From: Candidatus Nanoarchaeia archaeon
Lineage (GTDB): Archaea; Nanobdellota; Nanobdellia; Woesearchaeales; GW2011-AR9
Direction of reading: 5' to 3'
Assembly (NCBI GenBank): GCA_035289845.1
Contig: DATDWB010000048.1
Span: forward strand, 1-57,457
Length of the DNA: 57,457 nt
Shown: positions 40,033 to 48,278 of the stretch, in pieces
Layout of the letters: the number at the start of each line of letters is the position of its first letter
Numbering within the stretch: position 1 is the first letter of the stretch
Made by a program: the position numbers and the translations under genes
The notes under the pieces: model-generated
The model's database searches: none
The model's input: only the letters and a program-made list of their open reading frames with translations
Told to the model about the DNA's origin: nothing

Positions 40033-40906
40033 AGTAGAGTTTTTCTAACATTCCTTCTAAAAATGCTGGTTGTTAGTTTTATTCTTGCTGTTTTTCTTAT
40101 ATTCTCTTATCTTCCATTCATCTTTAGGAATAAATTCCCACAGATCCTATGAAAATATGAAAAAAAGGAGGTGATCCAGCCGTAGGTTCCCCTACGGCTA
40201 CCTTGTGACGACTTAACCCACCTCACCAAATCTGGGTTTGATACAACTAAAAGCTGGATCTCACCCAAACCCAACTCGGTTGGTTTGACGGGCGGTGTGT
40301 GCAAAGAGCAGGGACATATTCACCGGACCGTGATGAAGTCCGATTACTAGGAATTCCGTTGTCATGAGGGCGAATTACAGCCATCAATCTAAACTAAGAT
40401 AAGGTTTAGAGGTTTAGCTTCGCCTTTCGGCGTTGCAGCCCATTGTCCTTACCATTGTTGCGCGCGTGTAGCCCAGCAGATTCGGAGCATACAGACCTAC
40501 CGTGGCCCAAACCTTCCTCCCTGTTTCCAGGGCAGTCTCCATAAGGTGCGCAGTCATCCTAAAGGACCTGCTTGCAATTATGGATATGGGTCTCGCTCGT
40601 TACCTCACTTAAGAGGACACCTTACGGCACGAGCTGACGACGGCCATGCACTACCTCTCGGCTCGTTAGGTAAGACCTTTAACCTGACCTTCATTCTGCC
40701 GTCGCTGCTGGTGAGATTCTCTGCGTAGAGTTAGATTAAACCGCACGCCGCACTCCTTGTGGTGCTCTCCCGCCAATTCCTTTAAGTTTCAGCCTTGCGA
40801 CCGTACTTCCCAGGCGGTGAACTTAATACCTTCGCGTCGACACTGCGTATCCACGAAGAATACACAACATCTAGTTCACAGCGTTTACAGCTAGGACTAC
40901 TCGGGT

Positions 40907-41001
40907 CTTTAACTGGGTTAATGTCTTTGATTATTTTTCGATTTTTGTTTAGTATTTTTTTATTGAACAAACCAACAAAAACCATAAGCAAAAACCCCAG
41001 A
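40907..41001 (-). other. 95-nt AT-rich insertion (putative intron or expansion) in the 790 loop (helix 24) of 16S rRNA
   Basis: The RNA sense strand reads GGAUUAGAU[95 nt]ACCCGAGUAGUCC, whereas the universal sequence is GGAUUAGAUACCC.GGUAGUCC. The insert ends can pair (CUGGGGUU / AACCCAG). Confidence 0.75.
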
Positions 41002-41096
41002 ATCTAATCCGGTTTGCTCCCCTAGCTTTCGTCCCTCACCGTCAGACCCGTTCTCGTTAGGCGCCTTCGCCACAGGTGGTCCTCCGGAGATTATAG

Positions 41097-41138
41097 CACT
41101 GTAAAAGTGCCAGACACTTTTAGTATGCCTGACAACAT
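41097..41138 (-). other. About 42-nt insertion in the 690 loop (helix 23) of 16S rRNA
   Basis: The RNA sense strand reads GCGGUAAAAU[~42 nt]CUAUAAUCUCCGGAGGACCACCUGUGGCGAAGGCG, whereas archaeal 16S normally reads GGUGAAAUCCUAUAAUC.... The insert contains a perfect 7-bp hairpin AAAAGUG-UCUGG-CACUUUU. Confidence 0.65.
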
Positions 41139-41911
41139 ATTTTACCGCTCCCTCCGGAATACCCCTAACGCCTCCCGGTCCCTAGACAAACAGTATCTCA
41201 AGCACGCCGTTTTGTTAAGCGCAACGATTTCACCCAAGACTTTTTTATCCGGCTACGAACGCTTTAGGCCCAATAAATGTGATTGCCACTTGTGGCGCAG
41301 GTGTTACCGCGGCGGCTGGCACCCGTCTTACCCACCACTTATTCGCCAAGCTATTTACACTTGACAAAAGCCCATGCAATGCATGAGCACTAGGAGTTCC
41401 CTTATCGCACTTGCGTACATTGTAAAGTTTTCGCGCCTGCTGCACCCCGTAGGGCTAGGGCCAGTGTCTCAGTGCCCTTCTCCGGGCTACCTCTTTCAAG
41501 GCCCGTACTGATCAATGGCTTGGTAGTCCGTTACACTACCAACTACCTAATCAGCCGCCAACTCATCCTTAGGCATTGCTTTTGAGCAAAAGAACATTCC
41601 AGTATAATTTACTTATCCGGATTTAAGCCCAGTTTCCCAGGGTTATTCCGGACCTAAGGGCAGATTATTGACGTGTTACTGAGCATTCAGCCTGTGTCTC
41701 CGAAGAGACCCTCCGACTTGCATGGCTTAATCGAACTCCCATAGCAGCAATCTCCCGCAGGATCAACGGGAATTGTTTAACGATCCTGTATTTGTATGGT
41801 CATAAAGCTGTACTTATTAGAATTTATCGTCCAAAATATTTTTGGATCACCCTATTCACACTCAAGGTTAATTGAGCATACATTTTGTTTATACTTTGAG
41901 AAAGTAAGTTA

Positions 41912-41919
41912 TTTATAAA
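41912..41919 (-). promoter_or_regulatory. Candidate TATA box (TTTATAAA) for the rRNA operon, about 140 nt upstream of the 16S 5' end
   Basis: Palindromic tttataaa in an AT-rich spacer. Other AT-rich candidates exist near 41960-42010, so the assignment is tentative. Confidence 0.25.
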
Positions 41920-42123
41920 GGTTTCTATTAGTTTGAAGTTTAATTAGTTTGACTAGTAGAAAAGTGATTATAAATTATAACATTTAGACATTACATAATT
42001 AAAATAGACGACCACTTTAACTACTTATTCAACAACCAGAGATTGTAAAGATAATCATTAGGATCTCAAAATATATTTCTAAAAACAAGAAAAAGGCTAA
42101 AAAACATCAAAAAGGAAAAAAAC

Positions 42124-42231
42124 CTAGCTAGCTTGAATCTTTCGTCTACGTTTGGCCTTTTTTATTTTCTTACGCTGCCACTTCCAGCGCATTTGGCCTT
42201 TTTTCTTCCAACGTCGCGAGCTTCGTTTCAT
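42124..42231 (-). CDS. rpl41e: Ribosomal protein eL41 (35 aa; below the ORF-track size cutoff)
   Basis: The minus strand reads MKRSSRRWKKKGQMRWKWQRKKIKKAKRRRKIQAS. The MRWKWQRKKIKKAKRRRKI core parallels eukaryotic eL41 [20 protein letters not shown]. Confidence 0.7.
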   Translation of the reverse strand: MKRSSRRWKKKGQMRWKWQRKKIKKAKRRRKIQAS

Positions 42232-42455
42232 ATTTTTCAATGGAGAAGGGAGTATTTTATAAAGGTATCGAAAATTCTGTTGAATTTTTGGGTGTCTAGG
42301 TTAATTGGATTTTTGGGACCTCCCCAAAACTTTGTTTTTGCTAGGTATTGGAGATTAGGTGAATTAACAGAAGACTTAGAAGCCTTTTCCCAAGCAATGC
42401 TAAATAAAAAAATTGGCTACACCATTAAAACAAAATTAGGAAGTAATACTTTACC

Positions 42456-43163
42456 TTAATCACTTCCCTTCTCAAAATTTACCTCGTCATCGATCTCGAA
42501 TGATTCGGCAACTTTACCAAAGCACGGATGAAAGTCTTTTGCACACTCTAGTTTTGGTTTTGGTATGACCCTAATAGCGTTATTTTTATTGACCACAAAG
42601 CGCCAACCACCGGGTGTTTCAGGATGGTCTTTCAGGAAATCATAGAGTTCATATCCTAATTGTTCCATAAGTCCAGCAGAGCGATTTGGATCAAGGTTAA
42701 GATAAAGGTAGAAAGTTTCCTGCACTGACGCTGCTAAAATATAATCCGCGGTGATAACAACAGCAGCAGAAGCGTTTATATTATTTAATCCCTTAGAGTA
42801 ATTCGCCAGTGCCGCATAGATTTGTCTGCCAAATTTTTTTCGCTCATAATCAGGGATTGGTTGACGTTGTGGTTCTGAAGAAGTGTCTGCATCGTGGGCA
42901 TCGAAACCAAAATGTTTCGTCATGTCTTCTAAAAGTGATTCGTGTTGTTGCACATCTTCAACAGAAAATTTTGGTTCTTCTGATTGTACTACCGCTTGAT
43001 GGTATAAATCCATGACTCCTGGACTAGGCAGGTACCAGCTCTCGGCAATCCATTCTAAAAACTGTAGACTATTCATAGAAAAAAATAGATTTTGGGAGAG
43101 ATAATAAGTTTTGTGTTCTGAAAGGCAGTTTTTGAAAGAAAGAGCAATCTTTAAATAAACCAA
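42456..43163 (-). CDS. Hypothetical protein (235 aa; the start may be the internal Met at MNSLQFLEW)
   Basis: ORF track only; acidic central region. Confidence 0.4.
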   Translation of the reverse strand: MVYLKIALSFKNCLSEHKTYYLSQNLFFSMNSLQFLEWIAESWYLPSPGVMDLYHQAVVQSEEPKFSVEDVQQHESLLEDMTKHFGFDAHDADTSSEPQRQPIPDYERKKFGRQIYAALANYSKGLNNINASAAVVITADYILAASVQETFYLYLNLDPNRSAGLMEQLGYELYDFLKDHPETPGGWRFVVNKNNAIRVIPKPKLECAKDFHPCFGKVAESFEIDDEVNFEKGSD

Positions 43164-43178
43164 TTAGGTTCTCAATTT

Positions 43179-44882
43179 ATGGATTTCGACCAATTAATAA
43201 CCCTCTTTGAAAAGCTGGAAAAAACTTCCTCCGGCAACAGTCTGCGGGAAATCCTAGCTGAATTTTGGAAAGAAATCCCAGTCGAGGATATTGCCAAGAT
43301 TTCTTACCTCACTCTAGGACAAATAGCTTCCCAGTATGAAGACGTGGTATTGGGAATGGCCGAAAAAATGGTGGAAAAAGCTATTGCCGCCGCTTCCGGG
43401 ATGGAAGCTGCTAAAGTGCGCCAGATTTTACAGCAAGAAGGCGACATTGGTTTGGCTGCGGAAAAAATATTGCACCAAAAACCCCGCACTTTAATTCCGG
43501 TGGGAAAATTAACTGTCCCAGAACTATTTAACAAATTACATAAAATTGCCGCTATGTCCGGAAGCGGATCTCAAGATCAAAAAATAAATTTGGTAGTCGC
43601 TATGCTGCAAAAATGTTCTCCCACTGGAGCAAAGTATCTTTCCCGGATTGTACTAGGAACGCTGCGCCTAGGAGTAGGAGACATGACTGTATTAGATTCT
43701 TTAGCCCTGGCTTATACTGGAGACAAGAAAAATAAAGTGGAGTTGGAAGCAGCATATAATATCTGCCCCGATGTTGGGGTCATTGCCGAAACAGTTGCTA
43801 GAAAAGGATTGAAAGGATTAGCCAAAATTGAAGTTCACGTCGGCCGTCCAATTAAGATGATGCTGGCCCAAAGGGTAAAGCTATTGGAAGATCTGCCTAA
43901 AAAAATGCCGGGAAAAATTGCCGTCGAAGGAAAATATGATGGAGAGAGAGTTCAGGCGCACAAGGATAAGAAAGGCAAAATTACCCTCTTTTCCCGTCGA
44001 TTAGATGACATCACCCAACAGTTTCCAGACCTAGTCAAGTATCTAGAAAAACAGATCAAAGCTAAGGAATATGTAGTGGAAGGAGAAATTGTAGCAATAG
44101 ACTCTAAAGGTAAATTGCTTCCCTTCCAGACTTTAATGCAGCGGCGGAGGAAGCATGATATTGAAGAGTACATTAAAAAAATTCCAATCCAAATTAAGAT
44201 TTTTGATGCCTTGTACCTTAATGGCAAATCTTTACTAAAACAACCGTATGAAAAACGCTGTGCCCAATTGGAAAAAGTAATGTCTAAAAGCGAGCAGGTA
44301 GTAATGGCTGAGAAAATAGTAACAGACGATATTGAAAAAATCGACCAATTTTTTAAACAGAAATTGAAAGAAGGCGAGGAGGGAATTATTGCTAAATCTT
44401 TAAGCGGCGAATATCAGGCCGGAACTAGAGGCTGGAACTGGATTAAATGGAAAAAAGATTACGCTCAAGAGATGGTAGACACCTTTGATCTGGTAGTTGT
44501 CGGCGCCTATTACGGCCGAGGCCGGCGCAGCGGAACGTATGGCGCTTTGTTATGCGCTGCCTATAATGATATAGAAGATTCCTTTGAAACGGTTTGTAAA
44601 CTTGGTACCGGGATGACTGATGAAATTTTAGAAGAATTGCCCCGCTTGTTGAAGAAGTATAAAGTGGAGAAGAAGCCCGCCCGAGTGAAGGTTAAGAAAG
44701 AAATGGAACCGGAAGTGTGGTTCGAACCTAAAGTGGTGGTGGAAGTATTGGCTGCTGAAATAACCACTAGCCCATTTCATACCTTGGGATTAGCTTTACG
44801 TTTTCCCCGGTTTATTAAATTACGAGAGGACAAGAAAGCGGAGCAGGCTACCACAAGTGAAGAATTCAGGGAGATGAAGTGA
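43179..44882 (+). CDS. lig: ATP-dependent DNA ligase
   Basis: Motif I VEGKYDGERVQAH, EGIIAKS, WIKWKKDY, and the C-terminal OB domain LRFPRFIKLREDK. Confidence 0.95.
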   Translation: MDFDQLITLFEKLEKTSSGNSLREILAEFWKEIPVEDIAKISYLTLGQIASQYEDVVLGMAEKMVEKAIAAASGMEAAKVRQILQQEGDIGLAAEKILHQKPRTLIPVGKLTVPELFNKLHKIAAMSGSGSQDQKINLVVAMLQKCSPTGAKYLSRIVLGTLRLGVGDMTVLDSLALAYTGDKKNKVELEAAYNICPDVGVIAETVARKGLKGLAKIEVHVGRPIKMMLAQRVKLLEDLPKKMPGKIAVEGKYDGERVQAHKDKKGKITLFSRRLDDITQQFPDLVKYLEKQIKAKEYVVEGEIVAIDSKGKLLPFQTLMQRRRKHDIEEYIKKIPIQIKIFDALYLNGKSLLKQPYEKRCAQLEKVMSKSEQVVMAEKIVTDDIEKIDQFFKQKLKEGEEGIIAKSLSGEYQAGTRGWNWIKWKKDYAQEMVDTFDLVVVGAYYGRGRRSGTYGALLCAAYNDIEDSFETVCKLGTGMTDEILEELPRLLKKYKVEKKPARVKVKKEMEPEVWFEPKVVVEVLAAEITTSPFHTLGLALRFPRFIKLREDKKAEQATTSEEFREMK

Positions 44883-44941
44883 TTAATTTTTAAAAAAATG
44901 TTGAAAAATATTCCAAGATAAAATAGTAAATCCAACTAATT

Positions 44942-45256
44942 TTAGTGCACCATCTTAAACCCGCGATAAAAAGCAATAGCCTTAAGGCATATCTCTTTAG
45001 CCTGCTCTAGTTTGGGCTGAAAAACGGCATATAATTCAAGATTGTACTCTCCAACACGGAATTCAAACTTCTCAATAAATTTTAAGGTAGATTCGGAGTT
45101 GGGGAGAAATTTATTTTTAAATTCTAGTCCCACCATTGGATTTTGGTTTAATATTTGCTCAAAAGATTTAGCCAAGCCCAATTCACCCTCCACTCTGCCG
45201 GCAGCCAGTAAAGCCGCCCCATAATCGTCTATTATTTTTTTCTCTGTTCGATCCAT
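44942..45256 (-). CDS. Hypothetical protein (104 aa)
   Basis: ORF track only. Confidence 0.35.
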   Translation of the reverse strand: MDRTEKKIIDDYGAALLAAGRVEGELGLAKSFEQILNQNPMVGLEFKNKFLPNSESTLKFIEKFEFRVGEYNLELYAVFQPKLEQAKEICLKAIAFYRGFKMVH

Positions 45257-45280
45257 TCTTATTTAGGATAAGTGAATAGT

Positions 45281-45880
45281 TTATAATAATTTTTGTTTTG
45301 GACCAATAACTAAACTAACAATTACCCTGTTTTTGGTTCCTGCAAAGTTATTGAGATACTTAACAAATCCTTTTATACCGCTTCGCTTTACGATAGTCAG
45401 GGTATTTGGTTTTAAGGGTATAGGAAAATAATTTCCTTTTCCATCCACATAAATAACTGATCCCCCCCAAGAAGTATCCCAACCCTCAGTGCAATCCAAG
45501 ATCAGGTCATAAGTATTATCCCTGTTTTTAGAATCATTGAGGATAGTATAATCCCGCCCGGAAAAGGAATAAGCTGCTGCCGTAACCGATTTAACCGATT
45601 TTCTCACGACCCCAGAAATGAATTCTAAAATGGATTTAGTGTTGAAGAGTTTAGTTAAAGCCGGAGACTTTCCAACAGAATAAGAATGGGTCAGAGGATT
45701 TTTTTCCGGCTTAAATTTTAATTGGTGTAGTTCTTGTTTAATTTTTGCATAATCCTGCACAGAGAAAAAATCATGCAAGGTAACTTGAAAAAAGGTACTA
45801 CCACTAGAGACCTCAGTTTTAGATTTATCAAACGAAGCCTTTACCAGTTCTAATTTAGACCAATAAGCTTTATTTACCAT
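45281..45880 (-). CDS. OGFOD1/Tpa1/Ofd1 C-terminal (non-catalytic DSBH) domain-like protein
   Basis: RDYTILNDS...DLILDCTEGWDTSWGGSVIYVD...PLKPNTLTIVKRSGIKGFVKYLNN parallels the Ofd1_CTDD pattern (G.YtLl.D...W....GG..Yi...P..N.L.LV.rd....FvkYvn). Confidence 0.55.
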   Translation of the reverse strand: MVNKAYWSKLELVKASFDKSKTEVSSGSTFFQVTLHDFFSVQDYAKIKQELHQLKFKPEKNPLTHSYSVGKSPALTKLFNTKSILEFISGVVRKSVKSVTAAAYSFSGRDYTILNDSKNRDNTYDLILDCTEGWDTSWGGSVIYVDGKGNYFPIPLKPNTLTIVKRSGIKGFVKYLNNFAGTKNRVIVSLVIGPKQKLL

Positions 45881-46433
45881 GAAACCACCCGCTTAAAGCA
45901 ATCCGTAATTTGCCAGTTAATACTTCTTCTACTTCATGAAAAGATTTAGAAGTAACTTTAAAGATAACCAACCGATTAAATTGAGGTTGAATTCTTTCAG
46001 ATACCTCAGTAGGATTATTATTCTTAGAGTTATACAACGCCAATGCTCCACCTTCGGTATTATTTAAGGTGGAAAGATAATAAATAAAAGCCAACTTCCG
46101 TCCCTCCAATTGATCATCATGGGGCAGAAGATGATGGGTATTGCAGTACTTGGTTCCAGAAATATCAACGCTTCCCAATTTAATTCCAGTTCCAGTCACC
46201 GATTCTAATTTTTTAGCAAAAACTGTAGAAAAAAAAGTTACAAATTCCTGAATAACATTATTTTCAGTGGTTTTAAGATCGTTAGTCTGGAAGAAAGTAA
46301 ACAAATCCGAATCCTTAAGATCAAAAATTTCTTTAGAAAGTGCTGTAAGGAGTTGAACTGCTTTTTTTTCCGGCAGAAAATTATCAAACTTCCAATGAGG
46401 AAAGGGTTTACTAAAAAAGACAAACTTATCCAT
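45870..46433 (-). CDS. 2OG-Fe(II) oxygenase, OGFOD1/Tpa1/Ofd1-type prolyl hydroxylase catalytic domain
   Basis: HHLLPHDDQLEGRKLAFIYYLS (HxD), GGALALY, FNRLVIFKVTSKSFHEVEEV (distal His), RIALSGWFHG. Confidence 0.7.
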   Translation of the reverse strand: MDKFVFFSKPFPHWKFDNFLPEKKAVQLLTALSKEIFDLKDSDLFTFFQTNDLKTTENNVIQEFVTFFSTVFAKKLESVTGTGIKLGSVDISGTKYCNTHHLLPHDDQLEGRKLAFIYYLSTLNNTEGGALALYNSKNNNPTEVSERIQPQFNRLVIFKVTSKSFHEVEEVLTGKLRIALSGWFHGK

Positions 46434-46466
46434 AAACTAAGAAAAAGAAAAGGTAATTATAAAGCT

Positions 46467-46775
46467 TTACTTCAACTTTGATTCTAAAGACTCTCTTCGA
46501 TCACTTTTTTCCTTAAAAAAGAAATAGGTGTTAGCACCAATTGGAAATAAGGCATATAACGGATTAAAAGCTGCCGGAGCGATAATAGCCGCTGATTCAA
46601 TAACCATAGAGCTGTAATACAAAACTTTAGCTAAAGTAGATTTTTCGATACCAAAGTCGTACTTTATAGTGCCCCGCATCTGGGAACCAGCGAAGGCTGA
46701 AAACAGAGTATACAATACTGTTCCAACTATTTTTTCAGGTATAGGCGCCTTATCAAAATCAAGATTCTTGGCCAT
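46467..46775 (-). CDS. Small membrane protein (102 aa)
   Basis: Three hydrophobic segments; ORF track. Confidence 0.4.
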   Translation of the reverse strand: MAKNLDFDKAPIPEKIVGTVLYTLFSAFAGSQMRGTIKYDFGIEKSTLAKVLYYSSMVIESAAIIAPAAFNPLYALFPIGANTYFFFKEKSDRRESLESKLK

Positions 46776-46889
46776 GTATAATTGCCTATTTTTACTACTT
46801 AAATAGATTGCTAAACAAATAAAACTACTTAGGTTTTAGTAGTATGCTTATTAGAAGGATTAATAAACCCAAAAAATTTACTTCTGACT

Positions 46890-47513
46890 ATGAATAGGAC
46901 TATAAAACTATTAATGCTCTCCGATATATTCTTAATCACCGGATTCGGACTGATAGATCCAATCTTAGCTATTTTCCTTAAAGAGAACCTGATTGGTGGT
47001 ACTATCTTTGCCGCCGGTATTGCCAGTACTCTTTTTCTAATAACCAAATCCGTAGTTCAGCTTCCTTTTTCCCGCTATGTGGATAAACATGATCATAAAG
47101 TTAGATGGCTAATAGTTGGAACACTGATAATTACCACAATCCCCTTCCTGTACATTTTTTTAAATGACATTAAATATATTTATTTGGTGCAAATACTCCA
47201 TGGTATTGGCAGTGGTTTAGCTTATCCCACCTGGCTGGGATTGTGGAGCACTAACTTAGATCGAAAACATGAAAGTTTTGAATGGAGTTTATATTCCACC
47301 TTATCAGGGATTGGAACTTCTATCACTGGAATTGTAGGAGCAGCAATTGCAGAATACCTGGGCTTTAAATTTACTTTCGCTTTGGTAGGATTCATGTCCT
47401 TACTTGGAAGTTTAATCCTGTTAGGATTAGAGAAGAAAAAAGAGAAGCTCAAAACTACAACCCTTAAACACTACCATACTAAACGTAAGTTAGTAAATCG
47501 AAAGAACCACTAA
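46890..47513 (+). CDS. Half-size MFS-type transporter (6 TM, 207 aa), possibly a truncated gene
   Basis: MFS-like N-terminal half (LSDIFLITGFGLIDPILAIFL..., loop SRYVDKHDHK), ending in a K-rich tail after TM6. Confidence 0.5.
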   Translation: MNRTIKLLMLSDIFLITGFGLIDPILAIFLKENLIGGTIFAAGIASTLFLITKSVVQLPFSRYVDKHDHKVRWLIVGTLIITTIPFLYIFLNDIKYIYLVQILHGIGSGLAYPTWLGLWSTNLDRKHESFEWSLYSTLSGIGTSITGIVGAAIAEYLGFKFTFALVGFMSLLGSLILLGLEKKKEKLKTTTLKHYHTKRKLVNRKNH

Positions 47514-47517
47514 ATCA

Positions 47518-47557
47518 AAAACCCCGCAGCCAGCTGGTGAGGTATAAAATAATAAAT
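47518..47557. repeat. GC-rich hairpin repeat family, copy b (aaaaccccgcagccagctggtgaggtataaaataataaat)
   Basis: Differs from 50354-50393 at about 3 positions. Lies between convergent genes, consistent with a bidirectional terminator-like hairpin. Confidence 0.8.
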
Positions 47558-47565
47558 TAACCGAG

Positions 47566-48105
47566 TTATTTTTTAGGTATTAATTTCAAAATCTCAGCAA
47601 ATTGCTCCGCCTGATAAATAGCATCCTGCAAAGCATTGTGGGGAGGATTACGTTTATCTTCCACGCCTAATTTTCCCAAACTGGCCTGGGGATTACTACT
47701 TAACCCCCGATAAAACGAACCAATATCTTCACCACCAAATCCTAAGGGATTTTTTTCCTGGTAAAAGTTATCAAAATACCACGCGGTGTACATCCCATCA
47801 AATTTTATTGGAAAAGCTGCTTCAACCGGAATACAGCCCCTAGTATTGACCCTTATCCAACTGGCAAAATCAGACATTACATTGGAAGGGGTATCTCCTT
47901 TATCACCCAAAAGGATTAATACTTTACCCGGATTAAAATAAGGTCCTCGAGGATCATATTCTTCACCTGTAACTCCGTTCAGGCAATTTAAACCTAAAGA
48001 TCCTACCCGCATGGCATCCTCGATAAAATAACAACTGACGGGTTTAATTTCCCGGTAGAATTGAATATCAGTATCATCCACTAAACATGCTCCTAGGGAC
48101 AACAT
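47566..48105 (-). CDS. DEDDh 3'-5' exonuclease (DnaQ/RNase T-like). As listed the ORF lacks the Exo I motif, and a frame problem at an A8 run is probable.
   Basis: C-terminal HNALQDAIYQAEQF (Exo III, H.A..DA). In-frame codons upstream of the listed Met encode YISVDIEASGPTPGKFS (Exo I DIE), but the only ATG (48167-48165) is out of frame across A8 (48157-48164). Confidence 0.65.
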   Translation of the reverse strand: MLSLGACLVDDTDIQFYREIKPVSCYFIEDAMRVGSLGLNCLNGVTGEEYDPRGPYFNPGKVLILLGDKGDTPSNVMSDFASWIRVNTRGCIPVEAAFPIKFDGMYTAWYFDNFYQEKNPLGFGGEDIGSFYRGLSSNPQASLGKLGVEDKRNPPHNALQDAIYQAEQFAEILKLIPKK

Positions 48106-48215
48106 GGAAAACTTTCCGGGAGTTGGTCCGGAAGCTTCGATGTCTACGGAGATGTATTTTTTTTCATATAAGAAACATAATATTACTTATTTTTAAATGT
48201 TTTCAATTTTCAAGT

Positions 48216-48238
48216 TTTGACCTTTTTGTCCCACTTTT
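48216..48238 (+). repeat. 23-nt exact repeat tttgacctttttgtcccactttt (copy 2)
   Basis: Identical to 280-302. Confidence 0.8.
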
Positions 48239-48278
48239 ACCCGTTAAATTTAAATTCTAACTTCACTTTATAACTAAA

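Larger units (their letters stand above)
40166..41774 (-). rRNA. rrs: 16S rRNA (1609 nt as encoded; about 1472 nt without the two insertions)
   Basis: 3' end complement aggaggtgatccagcc at 40166; 5' end complement ...cccgcaggatcaacgggaatt ending at 41774; 515 region ttaccgcggcggctggcac at 41304-41322; 1492 region ggctaccttgtgacgactt. Confidence 0.9.

Noticed and set aside
42133-42459. 108-aa + strand ORF with a TTG start
   Set aside because: Its 5' part is the antisense of the eL41 gene (42124..42231, minus). It has no motif, it uses a non-ATG start, and it runs through the promoter region of the neighbouring gene.
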